Shown piece after piece: positions 29,201 to 37,810 of a stretch of 64,000 bases of DNA. Source of the DNA: Candidatus Bathyarchaeum tardum. GTDB lineage: Archaea > Thermoproteota > Bathyarchaeia > Bathyarchaeales > Bathyarchaeaceae. The position numbers were made by a program, and so were the translations under genes. The notes below the pieces were generated by a model, which was not told the origin of the DNA, did not search any database, and saw only the letters and a program-made list of their open reading frames with translations. The stretch spans positions 96,001 through 160,000 of the forward strand of contig CP122380.1 in the NCBI GenBank assembly GCA_024650005.2, in the 5' to 3' direction. Each line of letters starts with the position of its first letter. The first letter of the stretch is position 1.

Positions 29201-29677
29201 TTTGAGGGTTTCAAGTACACCATTCCTGTTTCAAATATTAACATGGGCAACACTGAGAGTGTTTACAAAAAATTTGGTAAAATGATTGATAAAATGCACA
29301 GCCAGCTTGTTTTGGCAGAAAAAATTGCTGCCGTAGACGCTGACGTGGTGGCTAGAAAGGTTTTGACTACCCATTTCATTCGTGATATTGCGGGAAATCT
29401 TCGTGCTTTTACAACTCAGCAGTTTCGATGCAAAGGTTGTAATCGAAAATTCAGGAGAATGCCTCTTATTGGTAAATGTCCTTCTTGCAACAGTGATTTG
29501 ATTCTCACTGTTTATCGGGGTGGAATTGAAAAATACTTAATCGCAGCAACACGGCTGGTTGAAAAATATGGTTTACTAGATTACTATGCACAGCGTCTCA
29601 ATATGGTAGAAGAAGAAATTTTAACATTGTTTGAAGGCAAGAAACCTCGTCAATGTAGTCTTGAAGCTTTTTCATAA
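26267..29677 (+). CDS. polC: DNA polymerase D large subunit DP2
   Basis: AGPIRSAGGT, FRLRYGRSRNTG, RMGRPEKA, FKDGTIRFD, KRRDCDGDED catalytic motif, C-terminal Zn finger; no intein apparent. Confidence 0.97.
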   Translation: MTIPMSKEYKQYADSLEKQLEDIYAVVTKARKKGLDPALVPEPEVAKDLAALVEGLVGPPGVAESIRDLTKTLSREALTFKITEQIINGKFGVMDSREAGEQAMRTALAILTEGITAAPIQGIAKVDIKTNSDRTRYLAIYYAGPIRSAGGTEQALTIIVGDHIRRLLKLDRYKPTEDEIGRFIEEIRLFERSIARFQYHISDEELRRGLQNIPVEVTGTESDPVEVSTFRNLPRIETNNVRGGALRVVNDGIVGRAAKVLTTIEKLQIPGWEWLGNLKEFSKKKKSGFMADVIAGRPIFSFPSRFGGFRLRYGRSRNTGLAAVGIHPATMLTVQNFLAAGTQLRLEGPGKGGITVPVDSIEPPVVRLKNGSVVRVTLQNFDSINKMIDKILFLGDILIGFGDFLYTNKPLRPAGYNEEWWGEELTVAVDEKFSGDLDKTAKALGLEKSFLEKILIDVYQNTPPLPDALQLSSILGVPLHPFYTYFWETLSAEEFVALRNWLLASEIKVENNTVQEIVGVKDKSIKFILEKLCIQHELILNTVKIGGDEAHIFAFCLGFNKPDCTIESSETVQDIIRNLTGLIVKPKGVSFVGARMGRPEKAKHREMKPLVHTLFPVGLAGGSRRNLIDASKKVAIEVDLVKRRCVKCNAPSFTLKCVQCGSDTVLEKTCPQCGRTLDLNECPACKTSTRSYARQEVDIRGLLSMACKNLGLPMLSLFKGVKGMTNETKTPEILEKGLLRAKHGLSVFKDGTIRFDATNAPLSHFTPKEVGVTVEQIKANGYSHDYKGNPLTTPEQICELKVQDIVIPRKCATYFLKVANFLDELLEKVYKLQKYYNLTKSSDLVGCLVIGLAPHTSVGIVGRIIGFTPLNVIYAHHMWHSAKRRDCDGDEDAVILGMDAILNFSKEFLPSQIGGIMDAPILIIPVVNPLEVQRQAHEVDVTGKYPLEFYQKALEEADTRQTMGIIDVIADRLNTPAQFEGFKYTIPVSNINMGNTESVYKKFGKMIDKMHSQLVLAEKIAAVDADVVARKVLTTHFIRDIAGNLRAFTTQQFRCKGCNRKFRRMPLIGKCPSCNSDLILTVYRGGIEKYLIAATRLVEKYGLLDYYAQRLNMVEEEILTLFEGKKPRQCSLEAFS

Positions 29678-29733
29678 TTTCTAAGTTGATGTAAATCTTT
29701 TTTGATTTAAACTCTAACATACTTTGAGCAAGA

Positions 29734-30006
29734 ATGTTCCACTTTAACTATCATCCAAATGCTTTCCTAACTTCAATAAAAAATATTCGATCTGGTTTGG
29801 TCGCTAGAACAAAAATTATTGCTGTTCTTGAGGATGAAGTGTCTAAAACTACGAAGATTTCTAAAAAAGCAGAACTTAGTTATCCTGTTGTTCTTTATCA
29901 TTTGCATCTACTTGAAACTGAAAACATCGTGCGCCACATAGGCAAACGGCGGTATCTTTGGAAATTAACTGGTACAGGACAACAAAGATTGATTTACACC
30001 CTTTAG
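29734..30006 (+). CDS. ArsR-like wHTH transcriptional regulator
   Basis: RTKIIAVL...KISKKAELSYPVVLYHLHLLETENIV..W.LTG. Confidence 0.75.
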   Translation: MFHFNYHPNAFLTSIKNIRSGLVARTKIIAVLEDEVSKTTKISKKAELSYPVVLYHLHLLETENIVRHIGKRRYLWKLTGTGQQRLIYTL

Positions 30007-30290
30007 AATGGACAATCACAAGGGTTTAGTTTACATTTTGGACATTTATTGTCATATTTTGATCGTGCAGCTTTTTCCAAATCGATACCCACGACGTTTG
30101 CCAATGAAGCTAACCATGCCAAAACGTCGGCAAACTCTTTTTCTGCTTCTTGCATGTTTTCTTCTTTTAGAGCCTCTCTTAGTTCTTGCACTTCGTCTTC
30201 AAGCCAAGATAATGTTTTTTCTTGACCCCTTTCTGCATCCCGCGAAAAATATAGCTGTTTCATCAGTTTTTGGAATTCATTGATATCCAT
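30003..30290 (-). CDS. MazG-like nucleotide pyrophosphohydrolase
   Basis: EVQEL...EFADVLAWLASLAN...KY...CPKC...C.C. Confidence 0.88.
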   Translation of the reverse strand: MDINEFQKLMKQLYFSRDAERGQEKTLSWLEDEVQELREALKEENMQEAEKEFADVLAWLASLANVVGIDLEKAARSKYDNKCPKCKLNPCDCPF

Positions 30291-30330
30291 TTATGTGTCC
30301 TCATTGTTAAAATGCAAATCTACATTTGTT

Positions 30331-31158
30331 TTAGATTTTTCTTTGTTTATAGCCTTCGATGCACCCTTTTTTTATCTGGGTTACTAATTTGGCAATCTCG
30401 GGCAGTGTTTTTACAGGGGTTTCCAAGTTTTTCTCGTACACTTTAGCGTATACGCTTCCTGCTATTGCTCCGTCTGCGCCTGCGGCAACTACGTTTGCGG
30501 CTTGTTCTTTGGTTGAAATTCCAAACCCCGCTAACAGTGGCATGTCTGTGTGTTTTCTTACCCGTTCAACTAGTTTGAATGTTGAATCGCCTATGCTTTC
30601 TCTTACTCCGGTGACGCCTTCAACCCCGATAACATAAAGAAAACCCGATGCAATGTCTGCAATTTTTTTTAATCTGTCTTCCGTTGTTGTTGGTGCTACT
30701 TGGAATATGGGGTGAATTCCTGTCTTTTTTCCTTCAGTTAACAAAACATCTGCTTCTTCAACAGGAACATTAGGCACAATTATCGCTTGAGCCCCTGCTT
30801 CCTTTATTTTATTCAAGAATTTCCCAACTCCCATCACATACGGGATGTTATAGTATGTTGTAACTACAATCGGATTTTCTATGCCTTTTGCTCTTATCTT
30901 TTTGATTCCTTCAATACATTTGTTTGGTGTAATACCGTTTTGAAGTGCCCTTTCACATACTCCCTGAAAAGTCGGTCCATCTGCTGTTGGATCAGAAAAA
31001 GGAATTCCAAATTCAAGGATGTCTGATCCGTTTTCTACTAGTGTCTCTAACAGTTTAAGTGAAAACTCTTCGTGGGGGTCACCATAATAAACATGAGGCA
31101 TATGTGCCCCTTCCCCTTTGTTTGTTAGTTCTTTGAATTTGTCTTCAAGCTTCATCAA
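30331..31158 (-). CDS. trpA: Tryptophan synthase alpha chain
   Basis: EFGIPFSDPTADGP, YYN, GVTG, GFGIS, ADGAIAGS. Confidence 0.95.
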   Translation of the reverse strand: MMKLEDKFKELTNKGEGAHMPHVYYGDPHEEFSLKLLETLVENGSDILEFGIPFSDPTADGPTFQGVCERALQNGITPNKCIEGIKKIRAKGIENPIVVTTYYNIPYVMGVGKFLNKIKEAGAQAIIVPNVPVEEADVLLTEGKKTGIHPIFQVAPTTTEDRLKKIADIASGFLYVIGVEGVTGVRESIGDSTFKLVERVRKHTDMPLLAGFGISTKEQAANVVAAGADGAIAGSVYAKVYEKNLETPVKTLPEIAKLVTQIKKGCIEGYKQRKI

Positions 31159-32320
31159 AATACCTCACAATGGTTTCTAGGTCCTTGTCGCCTCTGCCTG
31201 AAAAATTCAAAACAACCACTTCGTCTTTTGCGAATTCATCTTTGTTGTCCACCATATACGCAATGGCATGAGCAGTTTCAAGAGCAGGAATCAACCCTTC
31301 AGTGCGACACATCACCTTTACTGCTTCAAACACTTGATTGTCAAAGGCACAGCTAGCCTTTACTCTACCACTATCTACCAGTCCTGAAATTTCTGGACCT
31401 CTTCCAGGATAGTTAAGTCCTGCGGCTCTGGTTCGGGACGGCTTTATCTGGCCATTTTCATCTTGTAGAACCTGCATTACTGCTCCATGAAGAATTCCTG
31501 GTTTGCCGATTTTGAAAGCTGCAGCGCTGTTGTCGGCTTCTAGGTTTTCTCCTCCCCCTTCAACAAAAACCAGTTTGACCTCTTTTTCTTTGAGGAATGA
31601 TTTGAAAGCTCCTAAGGCGTTGCTGCCTCCACTTCCGCAGGCTACTATTCTGTCTGGAAATCTGCCTTCTTTTTCTAGGATTTGTTTTTTGATTTCTTTT
31701 CCGATAACACTTTGGAATGTTGCTACAATTTCTGGGTACGGTCGAGGACCAACAGTTGACCCCATCAGATAATGAGTAGTTGTTGAGCAAGTTGTCCATT
31801 TTCGTAAGGTGTCTGAAACTGCATCTTTTAGCACTCCCATTCCAATGTTAACGGGGGTTACTTTTGCTCCTAATAGTTTGATTCGTTTGACATTGCTTGC
31901 CTGTCGAATAATGTCTTTTGATCCCATGAAAACTTCTGTTTCTAATCCGCAGACGTTTCCTGCCATGGCTGTTGCCAGACCATGTTGGCCTGCTGCAGTT
32001 TCGGTTATCATTCGGGTTTTTCCCATTTCTTTTGTGAGCAAGGCTTGCCCAAGGGAGTTATTGAGTTTGTGTGAGCCTCCGCAGACTAGGTCTTCTCGTT
32101 TGAGATAAACTTTGCATCCGATGAGTTTGCTAAAGTTTCTTGCATAATAAAGAGAAGTTGGTCGTCCTGCGTAATCTCTTAGTAACTCGTTGAGTTTTTC
32201 TTGAAATTCTGGAGTTGGATAATGTTTTTCAAAGGCTTCTTCTAATTCGATTAGAATTGGCATCAGTATTTCGTTCACGTATTGTCCGCCAAATTTTCCA
32301 AATTTTCCTTTCGTCAACAT
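31145..32320 (-). CDS. trpB: Tryptophan synthase beta chain (TrpB1 type)
   Basis: GKFGKFGGQYV, YAGRPT.L, YLKREDL..GSHKLNN, ETAAGQHG, EGLIPALE, NFSGRGDKD; start at ATG 32320. Confidence 0.95.
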   Translation of the reverse strand: MLTKGKFGKFGGQYVNEILMPILIELEEAFEKHYPTPEFQEKLNELLRDYAGRPTSLYYARNFSKLIGCKVYLKREDLVCGGSHKLNNSLGQALLTKEMGKTRMITETAAGQHGLATAMAGNVCGLETEVFMGSKDIIRQASNVKRIKLLGAKVTPVNIGMGVLKDAVSDTLRKWTTCSTTTHYLMGSTVGPRPYPEIVATFQSVIGKEIKKQILEKEGRFPDRIVACGSGGSNALGAFKSFLKEKEVKLVFVEGGGENLEADNSAAAFKIGKPGILHGAVMQVLQDENGQIKPSRTRAAGLNYPGRGPEISGLVDSGRVKASCAFDNQVFEAVKVMCRTEGLIPALETAHAIAYMVDNKDEFAKDEVVVLNFSGRGDKDLETIVRYFDEA

Positions 32321-32327
32321 ATTACAC

Positions 32328-32987
32328 CTATTTTTGTAGTTTAATCTCTTTTGCGTTTTCAACAAAAGCATGAATTTTATTATGGTCTTTTATTCCAGGG
32401 CTGGCTTCAACTCCACTAGCAACATCGACCGCGTACGGCTTTACTGCTAAAATTGCTTCTTTGACATTTTCTGGCTTTAATCCACCTGCCAAAATCACTG
32501 GAACTGGAGCAACTGCCTCTTTGATTTGTTGGCTTACTGTCCAGTCATGAGTTTTTCCTGTTCCACCGTACTGATTTTTTGTGAAAGAATCCAAAAGAAC
32601 CGCATCAAACTGTTTCAATTCTTCTATGTTTTCTTCTTCTAGGATATCTGGTTTCACATAAACGGTTTTTACTAAACAAGTATCCGTTACTTTTTCATGA
32701 ACTTGGGAAAAAACAAATTTTTTCTTTCCATGAATTTGGATTACAGATGGCTTAAGTGTTTCACAGATTTCAACTATATCTTTAACACTTTCTGGAGCCG
32801 TAACAACTACACTGTCAACAAAAACTGGAACTAAATCCAACAAAGTTTTTGCCTTTTCTAGGGTCAGATTCCTTGGCGACGACGGAACCCCCACAAGAAA
32901 ACCAACAGCATCCGCTCCTGCATCTACCGCAACAGTCAAGTCTTCTTTTCGGGTTATTCCACAGATTTTTACTCTAACCTCTCTCAT
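32328..32987 (-). CDS. trpF: Phosphoribosylanthranilate isomerase
   Basis: VKICGIT, GADAVG, SPR, QIHG, GGTG..HDW, LAGGL, VDVASGVE. Confidence 0.95.
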   Translation of the reverse strand: MREVRVKICGITRKEDLTVAVDAGADAVGFLVGVPSSPRNLTLEKAKTLLDLVPVFVDSVVVTAPESVKDIVEICETLKPSVIQIHGKKKFVFSQVHEKVTDTCLVKTVYVKPDILEEENIEELKQFDAVLLDSFTKNQYGGTGKTHDWTVSQQIKEAVAPVPVILAGGLKPENVKEAILAVKPYAVDVASGVEASPGIKDHNKIHAFVENAKEIKLQK

Positions 32988-33784
32988 TGGGCGTTAACAA
33001 ACTCCTTAACAGTTTTTTCTAGGTTATCCGACATCATAATCGAAGAACCAATTAAAAAAGCATCAGCGCCACAGTTCCGCAAAAAAACTATGTCAGACGG
33101 AACCAATATGCCGCTTTCACTGACGACAACTTTGTTTTTTGTTTTAATTTTTTCCAAGATTTTTTCGGTTGTTTTGATATGCACTTCAAGCGTTCTTAAA
33201 TCCCGATTGTTAATACCAACCAAATCTGCATCAGTTTGTAATGCAGAGTTAAACTCAGATTCGTTATGTGTTTCCAATAAAACTTCAAGATTTTTTGAAT
33301 GAGCAAGTGCAATCATACCTTCTAAACTTTCTTCACAATACCCTCGGTCAAAAAGGGCTTTTATCAACAAAACAACATTTGCACCAAGTTTAGACCCCGC
33401 TTCAATCTGTACCGGACTGAGGATTATGTCTTTCATTAGAATTGGTAACTTTATTACATCTCTGATTTTAATTAAATAATTAAGGGAACCCTTGAATTGC
33501 TTGGGTTCAGTTAAAACAGACAAACCAGTTGCTCCACCCTTTTTCATGGCTTTTGCGATTTCTGCTGGATCAAAACCTGTTTTAATAGTTCCTCTGGATG
33601 GTGAGGCAGCCTTCACTTCAGAAATTACTGCGTTTTGTTTTTGTTCTATAACTGCTTGTTTAAGACTAACCGAAAAGAAACTGTTCTTTCTTGAAATTTC
33701 ATAGTATCCTTCTACAATAGTTTCTTTAGCATCCTGTGCTAGCTTGTCAAGAAAATCAGACATATTTTGTTTCCAACTCTTCAA
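32984..33784 (-). CDS. trpC: Indole-3-glycerol phosphate synthase
   Basis: ISEVKAASPS, LSVLTE, PILMKD, GINNRDL, VSESG; start probably ATG 33763. Confidence 0.95.
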   Translation of the reverse strand: MKSWKQNMSDFLDKLAQDAKETIVEGYYEISRKNSFFSVSLKQAVIEQKQNAVISEVKAASPSRGTIKTGFDPAEIAKAMKKGGATGLSVLTEPKQFKGSLNYLIKIRDVIKLPILMKDIILSPVQIEAGSKLGANVVLLIKALFDRGYCEESLEGMIALAHSKNLEVLLETHNESEFNSALQTDADLVGINNRDLRTLEVHIKTTEKILEKIKTKNKVVVSESGILVPSDIVFLRNCGADAFLIGSSIMMSDNLEKTVKEFVNAQ

Positions 33785-34817
33785 GTTTAGTTAGGTCTCC
33801 ACCGGAAAATTTGACAAGCTCCTTAAGTTTTTGGTATGCTTTACCGTTTTCAATTGCTTCTTTTGCTAGTTCAATTCCATAGCCAAAGTCATCAGCTTTA
33901 CCCCCCACTATGATTGCAGCTGCACCATTAATTTGCACAATGTCCCGTTTAGGATCATTAGACTCAGTCATGCCATACAAGAGTTTGAACATTAAATCAG
34001 CGCTCTGTTCTGGTCTAACTCCTTCGATGTCTTTTAGTTTAGCCTGTTTTACGCCAAAATCCTTGGGAGCCATTTCTATGTTTGTAACTTTGTTATTTCT
34101 TAACCAAGAAATACGGGTCTTGCCAATGGTTGAAATTTCATCCAATCCATTCAAGCCGTGAACAACCATTGCCTCTTCACTGCCTAGATTTTTGAGAGAA
34201 TTAGCAAGAGGCTCTGTAAGTTTGGCATCATAAACTCCTAAAAGTTGGGCATTCGCGTCTGCAGGGTTAGTTAATGGACCAAGAACGTTGAAAACTGTGC
34301 GTATTCCGAGCTCTCTTCGTGGACCAATGGCATACTTCATTGCTGGATGAAAAGCAGGTGCAAACATGAAACCTACTCCAACTTCTTCAATTGACTTTTT
34401 TACATTTTTTGGTTCCAAGTTAAGGTTAAGCCCCAACTCTTCTAACACATCGGCGCTGCCGCATTTGCTGGTCACTGACCTGTTTCCATGTTTAGCCACT
34501 GAAATATCTGCTCCTGCAACAACAAAAGCTGCAATTGTGCTAATATTGAATGTTTTAATTTTATCTCCACCCGTTCCACAGGTGTCAACCAGTCGACCTT
34601 TGACTCTGGGATGAATTTGGTTGCAGCATTCTTTCATTATTGTAGTGAAACCTGTGATTTCTATGCTTGTTTCCCCTTTAATCCTAAGAGCCGTCAAAAA
34701 TGCGCCAATTTGGGCGTTTGTTGCTTCACCAGACATTATTTCTTTCATAACAGTTGTTGACTCCTCATAAGTTAAGGCAGTACCATCAATCATTTTTTGC
34801 ATGCTCTCTTTGATCAT
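33756..34817 (-). CDS. trpD: Anthranilate phosphoribosyltransferase
   Basis: DTCGTGGD, FNIST, AKHGNRSVTS.CGSADVLE, RTVFNVLGPL. Confidence 0.96.
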   Translation of the reverse strand: MIKESMQKMIDGTALTYEESTTVMKEIMSGEATNAQIGAFLTALRIKGETSIEITGFTTIMKECCNQIHPRVKGRLVDTCGTGGDKIKTFNISTIAAFVVAGADISVAKHGNRSVTSKCGSADVLEELGLNLNLEPKNVKKSIEEVGVGFMFAPAFHPAMKYAIGPRRELGIRTVFNVLGPLTNPADANAQLLGVYDAKLTEPLANSLKNLGSEEAMVVHGLNGLDEISTIGKTRISWLRNNKVTNIEMAPKDFGVKQAKLKDIEGVRPEQSADLMFKLLYGMTESNDPKRDIVQINGAAAIIVGGKADDFGYGIELAKEAIENGKAYQKLKELVKFSGGDLTKLEELETKYV

Positions 34818-35404
34818 TTTGTGTTTCTTCCCTCAAGAAAATTTTTGATGATTTTTTTTCCGTCTTCACACAATATGGATTCAGGATGGAATTGAACACC
34901 CGTTATGGGGTATTCTTTGTGACGAACCGCCATAATCTCCCCATCATCTACAGATTTGGCACTTACTTCAATACACGACGGAATTGATGATTTTTGCCCA
35001 ACAAGGGAATGATAACGAGTTGCAGTAAACGGATTTTTTACCCCTTCAAACAAGCCTTTGCTATCATGCTTTATTCTACTCGTTTTACCATGCATCAATC
35101 TGCTGGCGCGAACGACTTTTCCCCCAAAAACCGAAATTATCCCTTGATTTCCCAGACAAACTCCTAAAGTGGGCGTTTTACAGCTCATCTCTTTTAGTAC
35201 TGCAGAACAAACTCCAAAAAAGTGTGGGTCTTCTGGGGTTCCTGGACCTGGAGAAATTACTATTCTTTCAGGATTCAGTTCCATTGCTTGTTGCAATGTC
35301 AGTTGGTCGTTTCTATAAACTATTGGGTCGCCTCCGAGTTCTCCGATGTACTGGACAAGATTATAAACAAAGGAATCGTAATTGTCGATAACTAACACTT
35401 TCAC
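34814..35404 (-). CDS. trpG: Anthranilate synthase component II (glutamine amidotransferase)
   Basis: IDNYDSF, ISPGPG, LGVCLG, RYHSL, QFHPES. Confidence 0.96.
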   Translation of the reverse strand: MKVLVIDNYDSFVYNLVQYIGELGGDPIVYRNDQLTLQQAMELNPERIVISPGPGTPEDPHFFGVCSAVLKEMSCKTPTLGVCLGNQGIISVFGGKVVRASRLMHGKTSRIKHDSKGLFEGVKNPFTATRYHSLVGQKSSIPSCIEVSAKSVDDGEIMAVRHKEYPITGVQFHPESILCEDGKKIIKNFLEGRNTK

Positions 35405-36786
35405 TGTTTTTCACTTCCTGAAACTTCTTCCAAGGCATTCATTAAAGCGCGGCCTTTGTGCTCGGTTTCAAACCACTCGTTTTCTGGTACCGAATCCGCT
35501 ACTATTCCTGCTCCAACTTGAAGGTAGGCGTTTTCGCCATTCGCAACAAAGGTTCTTATTGTTATGGCAAAATCTGCGTTCCCATTATACGAAAAATAAC
35601 CCACTGCCCCTGCGTATGGTCCCCTTCTTGTTGGTTCTAATTCTTCAATTATCTCCATTGCACGAACTTTTGGAGCACCTGAAACTGTTCCTGCTGGAAA
35701 AACAGCTCTTAGGGCATCAAAAGCATTGCATTCATCTTTGAGGTCTCCTACAACCCGTGAAACAATGTGTTGAACGTGACTGTATTGGTGCACTTGCATG
35801 AACTCCGGAAGATGAACACTTCCAAACTTGGAAACTTTTCCAATATCATTTCTGCCCAGATCTACTAGCATCACATGTTCCGCACGTTCTTTTGGATCTG
35901 CTAACAGTTCTTCTGTCAGTCTTTTGTTTTCTATTGGGTCTTTTACGTGGGGTCTGGTTCCTGCGATTGGAAATGTTTCAACAGCTCTTTTTTCAACTCT
36001 TGCGAGCATTTCAGGACTGGAACCAACTATCTGATGTTCGCCCGCCTTCAGAAAATACATATACGGTGACGGGTTTACCTTTCGAAGATTGCGATAGAAC
36101 CCAATCAGGTTACCTTTAATTTGAAAATCATACCTTTTGGAAAGTACAACCTGAAAAATGTCTCCAGCCGTTATGTAATCTTTTGCTTTTTCTACAGCAT
36201 CTTCAAACTTTTCTTTGGAGATGTTAACTTTTAGTTGTTTACACTCCAAACTTCCGTTGTTTTCTGCCTCTTTAAGTTGTTTGTTAATTTCTTCTAGTCT
36301 GTTCTCGTTTAGGTAATAGTAGAATGCTTGCCTGTTTTTGTGGTCGTAGATTATTCCATCATCAAAAATTCCGACTTTGACATCTGGAAACTTTTGGTCA
36401 TCTATTGTTTTTTCGGGCAGTTTTTCCCAGTATCTGACTGCATCATAGCCAATGTATCCAACTGCTCCGCCCACAAATCTTTGATCCAAAAATTCTGGTA
36501 ATGATTTTAGAGTTTTCGCTATGGTTGATAATGGGTCGTCACTTTTTTCTGTTTGTTTGTTGCCCGTTTTTTTGTTTTGAGTCGTTGCTTCACCATTTTT
36601 TATTGTGATTGTTGCTACTGGACAAAATCCAATGAAAGAATACTGTGAAAGTTTCTTGGGGCCTTCTATGGACTCAAGAATGTAAGCGTTTTCATATTTG
36701 CTATAAAGTTTTGAAAAGATTTCCAGAGGAGATTTTTCAAAGGATAATTTCTTGATTTTCAATTGGCGTATTACTTTAGAATTCAT
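35401..36786 (-). CDS. trpE: Anthranilate synthase component I
   Basis: LES, NPSPYM, SSPE, PIAGTR, KERAEHVMLVDLGRND, FPAGTVSGAPK; start ATG 36786 or 36816. Confidence 0.95.
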   Translation of the reverse strand: MNSKVIRQLKIKKLSFEKSPLEIFSKLYSKYENAYILESIEGPKKLSQYSFIGFCPVATITIKNGEATTQNKKTGNKQTEKSDDPLSTIAKTLKSLPEFLDQRFVGGAVGYIGYDAVRYWEKLPEKTIDDQKFPDVKVGIFDDGIIYDHKNRQAFYYYLNENRLEEINKQLKEAENNGSLECKQLKVNISKEKFEDAVEKAKDYITAGDIFQVVLSKRYDFQIKGNLIGFYRNLRKVNPSPYMYFLKAGEHQIVGSSPEMLARVEKRAVETFPIAGTRPHVKDPIENKRLTEELLADPKERAEHVMLVDLGRNDIGKVSKFGSVHLPEFMQVHQYSHVQHIVSRVVGDLKDECNAFDALRAVFPAGTVSGAPKVRAMEIIEELEPTRRGPYAGAVGYFSYNGNADFAITIRTFVANGENAYLQVGAGIVADSVPENEWFETEHKGRALMNALEEVSGSEKQ

Positions 36787-36826
36787 TGGCGTGCTGCGTT
36801 TGCGGGTGCCAAACATTATCCCTCAT
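36776..36826 (-). CDS. Candidate trp leader peptide MRDNVWHPQTQHANEF
   Basis: AGGAG 9 nt upstream of ATG 36826, one TGG codon, stop overlaps the trpE ATG at 36786; TTTAAATA box ~45 nt upstream. Confidence 0.4.
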   Translation of the reverse strand: MRDNVWHPQTQHANEF

Positions 36827-37070
36827 TTTCTAACTCTCCTATGGGATAACTATTGACTCTAATGCATTATTTAAATCTTCTCAGTATAATATTATACGTT
36901 ATAGTGCTTAGTATATCGCTTCATTTTCCCTTCTTATTAAGTCTGAAATCTACAATAACCGACCAAAACTCTTCAGTTTTCCACTTTATGAAAATTCATG
37001 CCTTTTGATTTTTTAAGTTGGATGCGTAACTTTAATAAAGTTCTCATGAATCTGTATGAATTGAAGCAAA

Positions 37071-37247
37071 ATGAGTGTCCGAAAAAAAAGACGACAAGAC
37101 GGTGCTCGCATGCCTGCTCAAGGTGCTGGTTTATTGCGATTCTTTGAAGAGGACACCCGAGGCGTAAAAATCAAACCAGAAATAGCTGTAATAATGGCTG
37201 TTGCTCTTATGGTTGCAAGCATTTTGGGTCCAGTATTTTTCGCATAA
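37071..37247 (+). CDS. secG: Preprotein translocase subunit Sec61beta/SecG (58 aa, missed by ORF track)
   Basis: MSVRKKRRQDGARMPAQGAGLLRFFEEDTRGVKIKPE plus a TM helix; AGL.RF.EE...IKP is the Sec61beta signature. Confidence 0.9.
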   Translation: MSVRKKRRQDGARMPAQGAGLLRFFEEDTRGVKIKPEIAVIMAVALMVASILGPVFFA

Positions 37248-37251
37248 AATT

Positions 37252-37533
37252 TTAGTCTTCGTGCAAAACTTCTATTCTTTGTACTGAACTCAGATTGATG
37301 AACACTTCACTTCGGTCTTCTCTGCTTACTATCTGAGGTACAGGTTGAGCTATGGTAGACCGCAACGTAACAACTTCTGCTTCTGAAAGCCAGATTCCTG
37401 GAGGTTCCCTTGTTATTGCTGCCAAAGTTCCTTCAAACCCGTAGGACGGGTCTAAAATTGCAATCATTTTTCTCCCAACATGCCTTTCAAGAATTTGAAA
37501 TACTGATGGCGGAGGGGGTCCGGCTTTTGACAT
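37252..37533 (-). CDS. Putative Sm/LSm-fold protein
   Basis: LERHVGRKMIAIL....FEGTL.......IWLSEA (Sm1-like) and VFINLSSVQRIEV (Sm2-like). Confidence 0.55.
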   Translation of the reverse strand: MSKAGPPPPSVFQILERHVGRKMIAILDPSYGFEGTLAAITREPPGIWLSEAEVVTLRSTIAQPVPQIVSREDRSEVFINLSSVQRIEVLHED

Positions 37534-37810
37534 AGCCCTTCAATCTAACTTGCAATCAGCATAAAAGCTTTTACGCCCTAAAATTATGATTTTAAACCCT
37601 TTTTTGAGGTTTAACAAGGTTAATTCCAAATATTTTATCACTGTTTTATCATAAAATCATCGATAAAATTGTCTTAATGTGTTCCCATTTGTGTAAAAAA
37701 GCTTCCTTTTTTCTTTTTTAGCGGCACATTTAAGTACCAAAGACATCGCAAAAACTATAACATATTAATATTTTTGAAACTTTTCTAAAATTACATAAAG
37801 AGGCGACACA

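Noticed and set aside
26267-29677. Intein in DP2 (also checked cdc6 and atpA)
   Set aside because: Lengths are normal, conserved motifs are contiguous, and no C...HN splice junctions or LAGLIDADG blocks were seen.
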